Positions 9,711 to 20,514 of a DNA stretch of 64,000 bases are shown here, piece after piece (the stretch's first letter is position 1; each line of letters opens with the position of its first letter). This DNA comes from Candidatus Nomurabacteria bacterium (GTDB taxonomy: Bacteria > Patescibacteriota > Minisyncoccia > Phycocordibacterales > UBA9973): NCBI GenBank assembly GCA_026396015.1, contig JAPLXP010000002.1:5502-69501 (forward strand). Direction: 5' to 3'. The position numbers and the translations under genes are program-made. Below the pieces are notes generated by a model. That model saw only the letters and a program-made list of their open reading frames with translations, was not told the origin of the DNA and did no database searches.

Positions 9711-11374
9711 TATACTATATCTACTATTCTTAATCGTAATTCTGTCCTACCAGCAAAGAAACTCTTTTCAAATGTCGCCAGTAGATTTATCTTGTCCCCA
9801 TCATTTAATTTAAAAGTCTCGCGAGTTTTGAAGAATGCAATAGCTTTGACTGCCCTCCGGCGAGAGTCCATGAATACTATTTCGAGGTGATTCTTCTCCT
9901 TTCCAAATTCTTTCAATGCAGCGATTTGAATATTTTCAAATTTAAAAATTGGTTTTGGGTTCCCCATTCCAAATGGGGCCATCTTTTCAATTACTTTATA
10001 ATTCTCGTTATTTACATCATCTAGTGTTATCGATGCATCTATCATGTAGGAATTATTATTTTCTTCTACCTCATCTGTTTTATTTGAAATAATATTCGCA
10101 TGCACAATATTGAGTCTCTCTTCGAGAAAATGAACTTCAGAATGCGACACAGCAAATCCCCCCGCCCCCACGTGACCACCGAATTCAAGAAGACTATTTT
10201 CTGGTAGCCCTGTCATCAGTTCTACAACATTCACTGATCCCCAAGTTCTACATGATCCACGGATAGTGTCACTACCCTCTTGCCCCCAGACAAAGACTGG
10301 CTTTTTGTATTCCTCTGCGATTTTAGATGCCACGAGTCCGAGTACTCCTACGCGCCAATCAGGATTACCGATCACAATTATTTCTTTTTCCTCGCGCGCG
10401 GACATTTTGTGCTTCACATCTTTCATAATGTGCGCGACTATTGTCTTTCTCTCTGTATTTATTTTATCCAGATGAGTGGCAAGAGTTTTTGCTTGAACGA
10501 GATCAGTAGTAGAAAGAAGTTCAAAGGCACGCATTGGACTATCCATGCGTGATGCTGCATTTAGCTTTGGAGCAATAGTAAAACCAACATCATCTTCAAT
10601 AATATTTTTAGGATCTACACTCGCCTTCTTTAGCAATTCAGCGAGTCCTGGTCTTCGAGCCTTTTGTAATACTTTCAAACCATAGTATGCAAGAACTCTA
10701 TTCTCGTGGAGCAGTGGAACTTGATCTGCAATAGTAGCGAGTCCTGCCATGTCCAATAGCCACTTCTCCCAGCCACTTTGAATATTCCAATACTCTCCAT
10801 ATTTTTTAATCAAACCCTGCACAAGCTTGAAGGCCAGTCCTGCGCCGCAGAGCATGTCATCTGGATAGCTACAATCATTCTGTTTTGGATTGATTATCGC
10901 ATAGGCCTTTGGTATGTGCTCGTGTGGAAGGTGGTGGTCTGTGATAATCACATCGATGCCATTCGCAGTCGCAGTAGCGACCTCATCTACTGCAGTGATA
11001 CCCAGATCAAAAGTAACCACGAGTTTTACATCTGTCTTAATAAATTCATCGACAGCCTCTTTGTTTAGACCGTACCCTTCTAGGTGCCTGTCTGGTATGT
11101 AAACTAGAAAATTCTCATATCCAATCTTTATAAAAAAATCATGCATTATCACAGCAGCAGGAATACCATCACAATCATAGTCACTATAGACCACTATTTT
11201 TTCTTTTGCCTCTACAGCTTCAAATATTCGTATGCAAGAACGCTCCATGTCTTTCAATAGATATGGGTCATAAATATCGGTCTCGTAATTTGGATTTAGG
11301 AATTTATCTGCATCTTCAATACTTATCCCTCTATTCTTCAAAAGTATTCCTAGTAGTTCAGTATGGTTTGGCAT
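9710..11374 (-). CDS. recJ: ssDNA-specific exonuclease RecJ
   Basis: DYDCDG, TDHH, LNAASRM, GSCR, FGGHVGAGG. Confidence 0.95.
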   Translation of the reverse strand: MPNHTELLGILLKNRGISIEDADKFLNPNYETDIYDPYLLKDMERSCIRIFEAVEAKEKIVVYSDYDCDGIPAAVIMHDFFIKIGYENFLVYIPDRHLEGYGLNKEAVDEFIKTDVKLVVTFDLGITAVDEVATATANGIDVIITDHHLPHEHIPKAYAIINPKQNDCSYPDDMLCGAGLAFKLVQGLIKKYGEYWNIQSGWEKWLLDMAGLATIADQVPLLHENRVLAYYGLKVLQKARRPGLAELLKKASVDPKNIIEDDVGFTIAPKLNAASRMDSPMRAFELLSTTDLVQAKTLATHLDKINTERKTIVAHIMKDVKHKMSAREEKEIIVIGNPDWRVGVLGLVASKIAEEYKKPVFVWGQEGSDTIRGSCRTWGSVNVVELMTGLPENSLLEFGGHVGAGGFAVSHSEVHFLEERLNIVHANIISNKTDEVEENNNSYMIDASITLDDVNNENYKVIEKMAPFGMGNPKPIFKFENIQIAALKEFGKEKNHLEIVFMDSRRRAVKAIAFFKTRETFKLNDGDKINLLATFEKSFFAGRTELRLRIVDIV

Positions 11375-11402
11375 ACCAGCAATTGTAACATATAATACAT
11401 TT

Positions 11403-11807
11403 ATGAATGAAAATTGTATTTTTTGTAAAATAATTAATGGAGATATACCGTGCGCAATGATTTATCAAGATGAGGAAACTTTTGCTTTTTTAGATATAAA
11501 CCCTATAAATGATGGACATACACTAATAATACCAAAACATCATCATGAAAATATATTTTCAACACCATCAGATATATTTGCAAAAATGGCAATAACTGCT
11601 CAAAAAATAGCAAAAAGACAAAAAGAAATTTTAGGTGCAGATGGCATAAATATTGGAATGAATAATGAACCAGACGCAGGCCAAGTAGTATTCCATGCTC
11701 ACATACATGTAATGCCCCGATTTAAAAATGACGGATATGATTTATGGAAAGGAAAAACATATAAAGAAGGTGAAATAGAAAAAATCCAAAATAAATTAAA
11801 ATTTTAA
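11403..11807 (+). CDS. HIT family nucleotide-binding protein
   Basis: CIFCKI N-terminus and HAHIHV histidine triad. Confidence 0.95.
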   Translation: MNENCIFCKIINGDIPCAMIYQDEETFAFLDINPINDGHTLIIPKHHHENIFSTPSDIFAKMAITAQKIAKRQKEILGADGINIGMNNEPDAGQVVFHAHIHVMPRFKNDGYDLWKGKTYKEGEIEKIQNKLKF

Positions 11808-11809
11808 TA

Positions 11810-11845
11810 AAAATAAAAAATGCCCCATAGGGCATTTTTTATTTT
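11810..11845. terminator. Bidirectional terminator
   Basis: AAAATAAAAAATGCCC-CATA-GGGCATTTTTTATTTT between convergent HIT and pgk. Confidence 0.75.
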
Positions 11846-12963
11846 AGAGCTTTAATTCCTGGTAGAGTCCCCTTTGCAAGGAATTCTAGTGTAGCACCGC
11901 CACCGGTCGATACAAAAGTAAAATCTTTTTCCATTTTTAATTTTGAAATTATTTCTACAGTATCTCCTCCACCAATGACTGATATAGCACGACTTGCGGC
12001 AATTGCTTTTAGTAATGCCTTTGTTCCAGCATCGTATCCATCCTCAATTCTTCCAAGAGGCCCATTCCAGAGTATTAATTTTGCCTTGCTTATTTCTTCT
12101 TCTAATTTTTTTATAGTCTCGGGACCTATATCATATATATGTTCATTCTTTGTGATATTGTTTGGTTTTGTAAAATGAGTTTTTTTGTTTTCTGATACAA
12201 GCAAATCAATAGGTAATATAATCTTTGGATTTTTGACTAGCTTTGGGAGATTATAATTCTTTTGCTCAACCAGTGATAGACCCACTTCATAACCCTGCTC
12301 TACAAAGACCTGATTTGAAAGTGCACCACCAATAAATAGTGAATCTGCTGTCGGTAAATATTTTTTAATTAAAGGTAATTTTGTTTCAAATTTTGCACCA
12401 CCTAGTATAAATAGGAATGGATGCTTTGGATCTTCAGATACGACAGAGAGATGCTTTACTTCATCGATCAATTGCAATCCAGCGAAGCTAGGCAAGAACT
12501 TTGCCACAGACACTACAGATGCGTGAACACGGTGAGATACAGAGAATGCATCATTTACATAAATGTCACCTAGACGAGAGAGTCCTCGTGCAAATGAGAC
12601 ATCATTCTTCTTTTCTCCTACTTCACGACGAATATTTTCAAGTAGTGTGACACTTCCTGGCTTTAATTTCTTAACCAATTCTTCTGTCTCATCGGAAAGG
12701 ATCGTTGATTTTATAAATGTAGAATTATCAACATATTTCTTAAGAACCTTGGCTATTATATCTAGGCTCTGTGTACCATCCTCACCTGCATGAGATATCA
12801 ATATCACAATAGCACCCTTCTTTGCGAGGAAATTAATAGTAGGAATAGCCTTTTGAATTCTAAAATCATCTACAACTTTATTATTTAAAATAGGAACATT
12901 AAAATCAACTCTTACCAAAATTCTCTTACCCTTTATATTCTCTATTTCTTTTATTGATTTCAT
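11839..12963 (-). CDS. pgk: Phosphoglycerate kinase
   Basis: RVDFNVP, LLENIR, NDAFSVSHR, GGGDT, STGGGATLEFL. Confidence 0.97.
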   Translation of the reverse strand: MKSIKEIENIKGKRILVRVDFNVPILNNKVVDDFRIQKAIPTINFLAKKGAIVILISHAGEDGTQSLDIIAKVLKKYVDNSTFIKSTILSDETEELVKKLKPGSVTLLENIRREVGEKKNDVSFARGLSRLGDIYVNDAFSVSHRVHASVVSVAKFLPSFAGLQLIDEVKHLSVVSEDPKHPFLFILGGAKFETKLPLIKKYLPTADSLFIGGALSNQVFVEQGYEVGLSLVEQKNYNLPKLVKNPKIILPIDLLVSENKKTHFTKPNNITKNEHIYDIGPETIKKLEEEISKAKLILWNGPLGRIEDGYDAGTKALLKAIAASRAISVIGGGDTVEIISKLKMEKDFTFVSTGGGATLEFLAKGTLPGIKALK

Positions 12964-13718
12964 TTTATTTTGTCAGCACAAATTAAAATCTTGCTGAATT
13001 TTTTAGCATTTAAACTGTCTCGGCCAACTAATAAACCTGAGGCACGTCCTTCTATTAGGAAGGACTCTGCATTTTCAGGGTGAACAGAACCACCATACAA
13101 TATTCCGATATCATGAGCAGTTTTTACATCATACATATCTCCAATAATTTTTTTAATAAAAATACTCATTTCAATAAACTCAGAAACATCTGCTTCTCGA
13201 AGGGCATCTACCCCAATCGCCCAAATAGGCTCATAAGCTATCACAATATTTTTAATTTGTGATTTTGATATTCCTGCCAGGCATTCATGAAGTTGTTTTT
13301 TTATAAATGAAAGATAGAATCCATTGTGATCTCTTTCCTTTTCCCCAATACAAAGAACTATATTTAATTTATTTTTTAATAGAAGATTTATTTTTTTATT
13401 TATTAGTTCATTACTATCACCGCTTGCGCGAGATTCAGAGTGACCAACGATAGAATAAGTAATATTTTTATCCTTGAGCATTTTTGCAGATATCTCACCT
13501 GTATATGCACCATCAGAAAAACCAGAAACATTCTGAGCTCCGATTAAAATTTTGTTATTCTTTTTTAAATTTCCAATAAATAAGGACGGGGGGCAGACAA
13601 CTACACTAGTATTTTTTATATTTTTTACAGAGAGTAAAATACCAGAAAAAATTTTATCCGCTTCTTTTTGTGTCTGCGGGTTCATTTTCCAGTTGGCAAT
13701 TATAAGTTTTTGAGACAT
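12960..13718 (-). CDS. tpiA: Triosephosphate isomerase
   Basis: ANWKMN, GHSE, AYEPIWAIG, LYGGSV. Start at ATG 13718, 6 nt after TGCTATAAT. Confidence 0.96.
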   Translation of the reverse strand: MSQKLIIANWKMNPQTQKEADKIFSGILLSVKNIKNTSVVVCPPSLFIGNLKKNNKILIGAQNVSGFSDGAYTGEISAKMLKDKNITYSIVGHSESRASGDSNELINKKINLLLKNKLNIVLCIGEKERDHNGFYLSFIKKQLHECLAGISKSQIKNIVIAYEPIWAIGVDALREADVSEFIEMSIFIKKIIGDMYDVKTAHDIGILYGGSVHPENAESFLIEGRASGLLVGRDSLNAKKFSKILICADKIK

Positions 13719-13743
13719 GTGTCTATTATAGCACAAAATACGG

Positions 13744-15525
13744 CTATTGAACCTCTTTCCAAGAAGACACGCTCCATGACCCAGAAGGCCCACTTGAGAA
13801 GTTCATATCAGATAGGCCTGATTCATATGTCACGGTAGATCCTCCACTTATCGTTATTCTATAACCATTTGCCTCTTTGAGAGATGCACCGCCGTTTACA
13901 TCCAATGTTCCATTGGGAGTACACACTATCACAGCCCCTGCCCCACCGTTTACAGAGGCAGCATTGCCTGTTGCTGTAGACAATAACATTATATAGGAAC
14001 CAGCAGTTCCAGATCCTGTAGCATTTCCACCACCATTGATTTCCATACTTCCGTCAGCAACAAGCACTCCATCGTTTGCTCCATAACTAGAAGCTAATTT
14101 AATTGTCCCCCCACCATTAAGAGTAATCTTTCCTGTGACCCACAATGTACCAGTAACGGTGAGAGTCCTACCGCTAGATACAGTCAGATCCCCTACTATT
14201 TTCTTTGGACCAATAGATGCTCCACCATTTGGCACTGTGTAATCACCATTGTTTACACCACCCGCCAATGCGTCGGTCTTCCAAGCTGTAATATTTGCAT
14301 CAGATATTGGATCCGCAACATAAGTGGGATCTGCTTGTGAAGTACAAGATTTATTATTTCCAGTACCAGATTGACAATAAATATTACCAGTGGCATTTGT
14401 GTAATTCACTACATGAGCTTGAGCTGTTCCTGATACTGTGCCGATATGGAGTTGATTCCATTGACTACCAGAAGACCCTGCTATCGAGCCAGTCACACCT
14501 CCGAGGTAAATATTAAAGAAATAATCAAGTCCTACAGGAGTAGTACTATTCCAAGTTCCACCGGATTGACCAATCTTGCCTATCCCATTTGAATACCCAG
14601 CACTATTTGCACCTAAAATATAATTATTACTTGATGATCCAGTTCCTCCATCAATGACAACCCAGTAAGTAGTCCCCACATCCAAAACTGGATTCGTCGA
14701 AAAAGAAACTGTAATCCACCCATAGTTTGTAGTCACAGATGAAGCAGACAATGTACCCGTCGCGATGACGGTAGATCCAGGGTTGCTTCCACTATTATTC
14801 ACTATTTTTACAGTAGCATTTGCAGGGCTACCTAATTTTTTAATATAAAAAGATACACTATTTACAGGATTATTATCTATTGATACCTGAAAGCTTTGAG
14901 CTATATCCTGAGTACCAACAGTATTACCAAATGTAATATTATAGTCAGGTGTTCCTGTGCCATTAGACTGATCAGCAGCTAGTGCTGGACTATTTGCAGA
15001 TATAGCCGTTCCAGTAATGACAGCAGAACTACTACCAGTAATTGGACCATTTGAGTACACATTTCCATTCACCGTACCACTGTTTATATCCATACCCCCA
15101 AGACCAACCTGCACACCATAATTGAAAGACGCACCTGATGAAGTAGACAATACAAGATCCACCTTTCTCTGATATGATCTAGTATCCCCAAGAGAGCTTA
15201 TCTCCTTTTTTCCACTTCCTAAATCTGTAATAGTAGTAGCGGCCGTGGACGTACCTAAAACAATATTTTCGGTTGAGCTAATTTTTTTATTATTCTTGAG
15301 TCTGTACATAGCATCTTCTACACCTGACTCAGATGCAAAATATGACTGTTTTGATTTGAGGCTATTTGTCGCAATTTTGAACTCTCGAACAACAGGAGTG
15401 ATAATACCCGACAGGACAGTGATACTGATAAACAAGAAAAAAAATACCAATATCATTATTGCAGCACCTCTATTTTCTTTAATTTGTATTTTTTGTTTTA
15501 TCATCTTGAATAAATTAGTACCCAC
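13744..15525 (-). CDS. PilX-like pilus-associated protein with large beta-rich C-terminal region
   Basis: RG-hydrophobic pilin-like N-terminus, SYFASESGVEDAMYRL, Gly/Ser/Thr-rich body, ends SWKEVQ. Exact start uncertain. Confidence 0.75.
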   Translation of the reverse strand: MGTNLFKMIKQKIQIKENRGAAIMILVFFFLFISITVLSGIITPVVREFKIATNSLKSKQSYFASESGVEDAMYRLKNNKKISSTENIVLGTSTAATTITDLGSGKKEISSLGDTRSYQRKVDLVLSTSSGASFNYGVQVGLGGMDINSGTVNGNVYSNGPITGSSSAVITGTAISANSPALAADQSNGTGTPDYNITFGNTVGTQDIAQSFQVSIDNNPVNSVSFYIKKLGSPANATVKIVNNSGSNPGSTVIATGTLSASSVTTNYGWITVSFSTNPVLDVGTTYWVVIDGGTGSSSNNYILGANSAGYSNGIGKIGQSGGTWNSTTPVGLDYFFNIYLGGVTGSIAGSSGSQWNQLHIGTVSGTAQAHVVNYTNATGNIYCQSGTGNNKSCTSQADPTYVADPISDANITAWKTDALAGGVNNGDYTVPNGGASIGPKKIVGDLTVSSGRTLTVTGTLWVTGKITLNGGGTIKLASSYGANDGVLVADGSMEINGGGNATGSGTAGSYIMLLSTATGNAASVNGGAGAVIVCTPNGTLDVNGGASLKEANGYRITISGGSTVTYESGLSDMNFSSGPSGSWSVSSWKEVQ

Positions 15526-16042
15526 CTCTCAAAATAACAGTATCATAAAACTTTTCTGAAATTGTTCCGTTATTCAATGTTAATTCGATTTTCACTGCCT
15601 CTCCTGCACCAGTAGATATGCGCCTAAAAATCAGATTAGTAGCAGTAACATTTTGATTCAATAAATCATCCAATAAAGAATTATTTTCATAAATATTCAA
15701 AGATCCACTTAAGACAGAAAATTTTACAACACGAGCACTGCCACCTGAATCCTTGCCATTAAGAGTGAGCACTCCTGGATTCGATCCAAAGGTACTACTT
15801 GCAATATCTATACTGTTCGCCTGACGTATTTCTCGTGTGATACGTTCCATTCCATTGTTTCCAGATTCAAGTAAATTACGAGTTACACGAGTCTTATTAA
15901 AGGAAGAATTTACAACCATTGATGAAGCTATTATGGCAACAGAAACAATACCAAGTATAGCAACGTATACTAAAACTTCGATAATTGTGAATCCTTGGTT
16001 TAACTTATTTTTTATATTTTTTTGAGATGTGAATTTATGCAT
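15515..16042 (-). CDS. Type IV minor pilin (PilW-like)
   Basis: Prepilin site G|FTIIEVLVY. Confidence 0.88.
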   Translation of the reverse strand: MHKFTSQKNIKNKLNQGFTIIEVLVYVAILGIVSVAIIASSMVVNSSFNKTRVTRNLLESGNNGMERITREIRQANSIDIASSTFGSNPGVLTLNGKDSGGSARVVKFSVLSGSLNIYENNSLLDDLLNQNVTATNLIFRRISTGAGEAVKIELTLNNGTISEKFYDTVILRGGY

Positions 16043-16043
16043 A

Positions 16044-16541
16044 TTAATTAAAAATATTTGAAATATAAAAAGGTACAGACTTTGATATTGTATTACCGTT
16101 TGAAGTCCATGATGTCGTAACTGTTACTTTTTTTGTACCAGCATCGAGTGTACCAGAACTTGCAATATCATCATTAGAATCACGGTAAACAGGAGAGAAT
16201 ACTATGACACGAGTGAATGAATCAACTTTTGACGGAGTAGCAGAAAGAGACCATACATTGGTCGTGTTATTAAAAGCCAAATAATAATTAGTGTTATCAG
16301 TAACGCCAGAAATATTTGTCCAGTTTGTGTCTCTTAAGGATTTTACTGCTTCTGATCCTTCTTCAAGGAGAAAACTGGCTTGAACTTCATCTAAGGCTTG
16401 ATTAGATAAAATTATACCCTTATTTGTTGAAGACATTAGAATTACTGCCAATACTCCCAATACAGAAGTGGCAATCAACACTTCAATCAAAGAAAATCCT
16501 TGAATATATTTTATATAATTTTTTTTATTTAATTTAGACAT
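16044..16541 (-). CDS. Type IV minor pilin (PilV-like)
   Basis: Prepilin site G|FSLIEVLIA. Confidence 0.88.
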   Translation of the reverse strand: MSKLNKKNYIKYIQGFSLIEVLIATSVLGVLAVILMSSTNKGIILSNQALDEVQASFLLEEGSEAVKSLRDTNWTNISGVTDNTNYYLAFNNTTNVWSLSATPSKVDSFTRVIVFSPVYRDSNDDIASSGTLDAGTKKVTVTTSWTSNGNTISKSVPFYISNIFN

Positions 16542-16542
16542 T

Positions 16543-17022
16543 TTAATTTGAACTCACAATACCTGTTTTTCTAATTGTGATAGTTTTTGTCTTACTGTGA
16601 TCACTATTTAATTGTACAACAATCGTACCATTATCAACAGTATCTCCAGTTAGTCGAGTAAAATTTACATCAGATACTCCCCCATTTAAATTAATACCTC
16701 CAGTTGCAGAAAGAGACACCTTGCTATCAAAAATAATCTCAGTATTTGAACTATTTGGCTCACTAAACGTACCATCAGTAAACAGAATAACTCTACCACT
16801 TTCAATATGAACACTATAGTAATGTGAATTCTGAGAGGCCAAAGTCTGAGACCTAGCTTGATTCAGTAGTGTAACAATATCTTCTGCAGTATTTTTTAAA
16901 ATCTGCTGATCTCTGAATGTATACAAGGATGGCATTACTACTGCCAAAATCAAAGAAATAATTGCTATAACAATCAATAATTCTAAAAGTGTAAAAGCTC
17001 GATTTTTAATTAAATTCTTCAT
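16543..17022 (-). CDS. Type IV minor pilin (FimT/GspH-like)
   Basis: A|FTLLELLIVIAI prepilin motif. Confidence 0.88.
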   Translation of the reverse strand: MKNLIKNRAFTLLELLIVIAIISLILAVVMPSLYTFRDQQILKNTAEDIVTLLNQARSQTLASQNSHYYSVHIESGRVILFTDGTFSEPNSSNTEIIFDSKVSLSATGGINLNGGVSDVNFTRLTGDTVDNGTIVVQLNSDHSKTKTITIRKTGIVSSN

Positions 17023-17023
17023 A

Positions 17024-18238
17024 TTATTTTATATTTTCCAATACTGAGTACATTGGTGTGAGCATAGACACTGCAAAGAATCCAACAGCTGCACCAATAA
17101 ATATCATCAGAACTGGCTCTATAATAGTAGACAAGTCTTTTGTTTTTGCATCAACTTCACCTTCATAAAATGAAGCAATATCTACAAGCATGGCGGCTAG
17201 ATTACCCGTTTCCTCTCCGACTTCCATCATTTCCCCCATCATGATAGGATACAGGTCAATTTTTTCCTTGAACACAGAAGAGAGCGGTAGACCTTTTTCT
17301 AGGTCAAAGATAGCTTTCTCTATTGTTTTCTTGTATTGATAATTTTGCAGTACATCTTTTGTAATATCCAAAGCTCTAGACATGTTTACTCCAGAAGATA
17401 ATAGTGACGATAAAGTACGAGCAGTTCTTGCCGAATTTGTCTCCTTGATCAAATTACTGATTACTGGCAATTTCAAAACTATATAATCTAACATTATTTT
17501 AGTTTTTTCAATTTTACCCAAAAAATAAAATACAGCAACAATACCTGCAAAGAAAAGAACCACAAGTCCTATGTTATGACTAACTGTATCTGACAACCAG
17601 ATTATAAAACGAGTAGAAGCAGGGAGACTCGCTCCCACATCCTTGAAAGTCTTTGTAAGAGTTGGAACTACGAACATCAGCATCAATACACCAATTAGGA
17701 TCATCGCACTAAATATCACACCTGGGTACATGAGTGCTCCTTTTATTTTTTTATTTAAATCATAAGATTTTTGAAGACTTGCACCAACCTCCCCTAGAGA
17801 CTTTGGTAGTGAACCAGATTCTTCTCCTGCACCAATCATCGCCACAAAAAGAGTAGAAAAAACATTTGGGAATTTTTTCATACCATCTGAAAGAGAGCTA
17901 CCTTTACTAATACTCTCAGATAATGACTTGAGAATATCTTTATAGGTAACGTTAGTCGATTGCTTTTCTAAAATAATTAATGATCGAGACAAAGATAAAC
18001 CAGCCTGAAGCATTCCTGATAAATTACGAGTGAAAATTATCTTTTCTCGCAATTTGATAGACCCAAAACTAAGATGGGACATTTTAGCTAAAAAAGTCTG
18101 CTCATCTATGGGCTTCAAAAATAAAGGCGTCTCACCTAATTCATGAACTTGTTTTGCTGCAGCAAATTTATCTACAGCATCAATAATGCCATTATGAATC
18201 TCGCCTGTTTTTGTTTGTGAAGTGTATTTAAATTTCAT
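17024..18238 (-). CDS. pilC: Type IV pilus inner-membrane platform protein (PilC/GspF)
   Basis: FTRNLSGMLQAG, GEESG, ALMYP, GEETG, IEP motifs. Likely start MKFKY at 18238. Confidence 0.92.
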   Translation of the reverse strand: MKFKYTSQTKTGEIHNGIIDAVDKFAAAKQVHELGETPLFLKPIDEQTFLAKMSHLSFGSIKLREKIIFTRNLSGMLQAGLSLSRSLIILEKQSTNVTYKDILKSLSESISKGSSLSDGMKKFPNVFSTLFVAMIGAGEESGSLPKSLGEVGASLQKSYDLNKKIKGALMYPGVIFSAMILIGVLMLMFVVPTLTKTFKDVGASLPASTRFIIWLSDTVSHNIGLVVLFFAGIVAVFYFLGKIEKTKIMLDYIVLKLPVISNLIKETNSARTARTLSSLLSSGVNMSRALDITKDVLQNYQYKKTIEKAIFDLEKGLPLSSVFKEKIDLYPIMMGEMMEVGEETGNLAAMLVDIASFYEGEVDAKTKDLSTIIEPVLMIFIGAAVGFFAVSMLTPMYSVLENIK

Positions 18239-18239
18239 A

Positions 18240-20000
18240 TTATTCTGAAACAACACGCAAAACTTCTTCAGCAGATGTTATCCCTTGCACTGCAAAGAAA
18301 ATTCCATCTTCAAGCATAGTCATCATACCCTCACTCTTGGCCTGATTCTCTATTTCATCAGCAGATGAGCCTTTAATAATTAATTCTTTAATAGTATTTG
18401 TTATTTTAAAAACTTCATGTATTCCAATACGTCCTTTATACCCTTCCTTATTATCATCTGTTATTACTGGTTTATAAAAAGGTATAGTGTCCCAATTGTC
18501 TTTCTCTCCAACGATATTTTCCTTTTTTAGCCTTGCAAGCATTTTATCCATATCTATTTTTTTTGCCATAGCCTGCTTTTCAACACCATTCATAAAATAT
18601 TTTTCTTTATTTTCAGTTAGCTTACGAACAAGACGCTGTGCAATAACAGTTTTTACAGTAGACACTATCAAAAATGGCTCCACACCCATATCAATAATAC
18701 GTGGTATCGTACCTGCAGCAGAGTTTGTATGGATAGTAGACAATACAAGGTGACCAGTCAGTGCTGCATTGACACCCAATGATGCAGTCTCACCGTCACG
18801 AATCTCCCCTACCATTATAATGTCTGGATCCTGACGGAGTAATGTACGTAGGCCGTTTGCAAAAGTAAGACCAATCTCGGATTTTGTCTGAGTCTGATTT
18901 ATTCTTGGCATTTGATATTCGATAGGGTCTTCAATAGTTGAAATATTTACATCAGGTGTATTTAAAATATCGAGCATTGTATACAATGTTGTAGTCTTAC
19001 CAGATCCAGTCGGACCAGCACAGAGGAGCATTCCTGTTCTCTGCTTCATGCCATCGTGAATCATCTCAAGTGCATCACCATGAAAACCTAACCCCTCTAG
19101 AGTAAAACCTTTTGAACTTTCCTTCAAGATACGAATAACTGTTTTCTCTCCAAAATATGTCGGCAACGTAGACACACGAAAAGAAACACGACCTTGTTCG
19201 TTTGCAATTTTAAATCTACCATCTTGAGGAAGACGCTTTTCGTCAAGTTTCAAATTTGATAATACTTTTATGCGTGCAGTCACACCAGAAGACATGTCTT
19301 TGGGTAGGACCATAGCGTCATGTAAAATACCGTCGATTCGATAGCGGATTATCAACGAATCTTCACATGGTTCAATATGCACATCAGAAGCACCCTGAAA
19401 TATTGCATGAGAAATTAGAGTATCCACAATCTTCACGATAGGTAGATCCTCAACTATTTCTCTTAATTCTTTTTCAGTTTTCTCTTCTCCATCTTTTCCT
19501 TCACTATTTATATTTTTTACAGCATTTCTAGTTTCTTTTTTGATGATATCTTCAAAATCGGCCTGCAGACTTTTTTTATACTGAGCTAGTGCTAATTTTA
19601 GAGATTCACTATCTGTTAGGCGTGGCAGAATTCTGAGCCCAATTTTCTTTTTAATAAAATCAATAACAGGAAGATTGGCTACATCCAGCATCGCGACTTC
19701 TAGTGTGTCATCACTTTTTTTATAAGCGATAATATTACTATTACGAGCAACCGGCTCTGGAATCAGAGACAAGACACTAGGATCAATTTTTTCGCCTTTT
19801 AAAGATACAAATGGAATACCCAATGCTTGCGCTTGCATATTTATCCAATCTTTTTCTGTAAGTTTTCCGAGAGATACCAATACATCCCCTACTGGCTGAT
19901 TCTTTTCCGCGGCTTTTTTCAAAGCAAATGCAAAATCAGTCTTTGTCACAAGACCTGACTCACGAATAAGATCCAATATCTTGGCATCATTGATATACAT
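18240..20000 (-). CDS. pilB: Type IV pilus assembly ATPase (PilB/GspE)
   Basis: ASDVHIEP, RLPQDGR, GPTGSGKTTTLY, LRQDPDIIMVGEIRD, TGHLVLSTIH. Confidence 0.95.
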   Translation of the reverse strand: MYINDAKILDLIRESGLVTKTDFAFALKKAAEKNQPVGDVLVSLGKLTEKDWINMQAQALGIPFVSLKGEKIDPSVLSLIPEPVARNSNIIAYKKSDDTLEVAMLDVANLPVIDFIKKKIGLRILPRLTDSESLKLALAQYKKSLQADFEDIIKKETRNAVKNINSEGKDGEEKTEKELREIVEDLPIVKIVDTLISHAIFQGASDVHIEPCEDSLIIRYRIDGILHDAMVLPKDMSSGVTARIKVLSNLKLDEKRLPQDGRFKIANEQGRVSFRVSTLPTYFGEKTVIRILKESSKGFTLEGLGFHGDALEMIHDGMKQRTGMLLCAGPTGSGKTTTLYTMLDILNTPDVNISTIEDPIEYQMPRINQTQTKSEIGLTFANGLRTLLRQDPDIIMVGEIRDGETASLGVNAALTGHLVLSTIHTNSAAGTIPRIIDMGVEPFLIVSTVKTVIAQRLVRKLTENKEKYFMNGVEKQAMAKKIDMDKMLARLKKENIVGEKDNWDTIPFYKPVITDDNKEGYKGRIGIHEVFKITNTIKELIIKGSSADEIENQAKSEGMMTMLEDGIFFAVQGITSAEEVLRVVSE

Positions 20001-20030
20001 ACAAATATTATATCATATAAATAATTTATA

Positions 20031-20076
20031 AAAATAAAAAACAGCTTCGATATTATTCGAAGCTGTTTTTTATTTT
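20031..20076. terminator. Intrinsic terminator after cutA
   Basis: AAAAAACAGCTTCGA-TATTAT-TCGAAGCTGTTTTTT. Confidence 0.7.
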
Positions 20077-20498
20077 AAATGCCCTGGATGATAACCTGCG
20101 TCAGCAATATATTCTTCTTTTTTTTCACCTTCTTCTGGAGTCATCAATTCATCTTTTTTGGAAAGCGTCTTTTCTAGCCAGATTTTATACAATTCACTCG
20201 TATAGACAGATGCAGTCGTCACAAACATTGGTACATCATAAGAATGAAGTCCTTCCAAAAATCCAATCAACTTTTCTGATAGTTCTTTTTGTGTTGTGAT
20301 CATGAGCATATATTGATCTACATCTTCGAGTACCCCATTCCATGGATACACTGATTCAATTGCCCAAAAATCTCCACATACTGCGAGATTGTTTTCTACC
20401 GCTGAACGAGCGAGACTCCTAGCCTCATCTGCATCACTACATGTCGTATATACAAAAACTGTATCTTTTATATTAGGATCTATTTTATCTGTAATCAT
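20070..20498 (-). CDS. cutA: CutA1 divalent-cation tolerance protein
   Basis: VYTTC..EARSLARSAVENNLAVC, SVYPWNG, HSYDVP. Confidence 0.85.
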   Translation of the reverse strand: MITDKIDPNIKDTVFVYTTCSDADEARSLARSAVENNLAVCGDFWAIESVYPWNGVLEDVDQYMLMITTQKELSEKLIGFLEGLHSYDVPMFVTTASVYTSELYKIWLEKTLSKKDELMTPEEGEKKEEYIADAGYHPGHLK

Positions 20499-20514
20499 AT
20501 ATAAATTATAACTC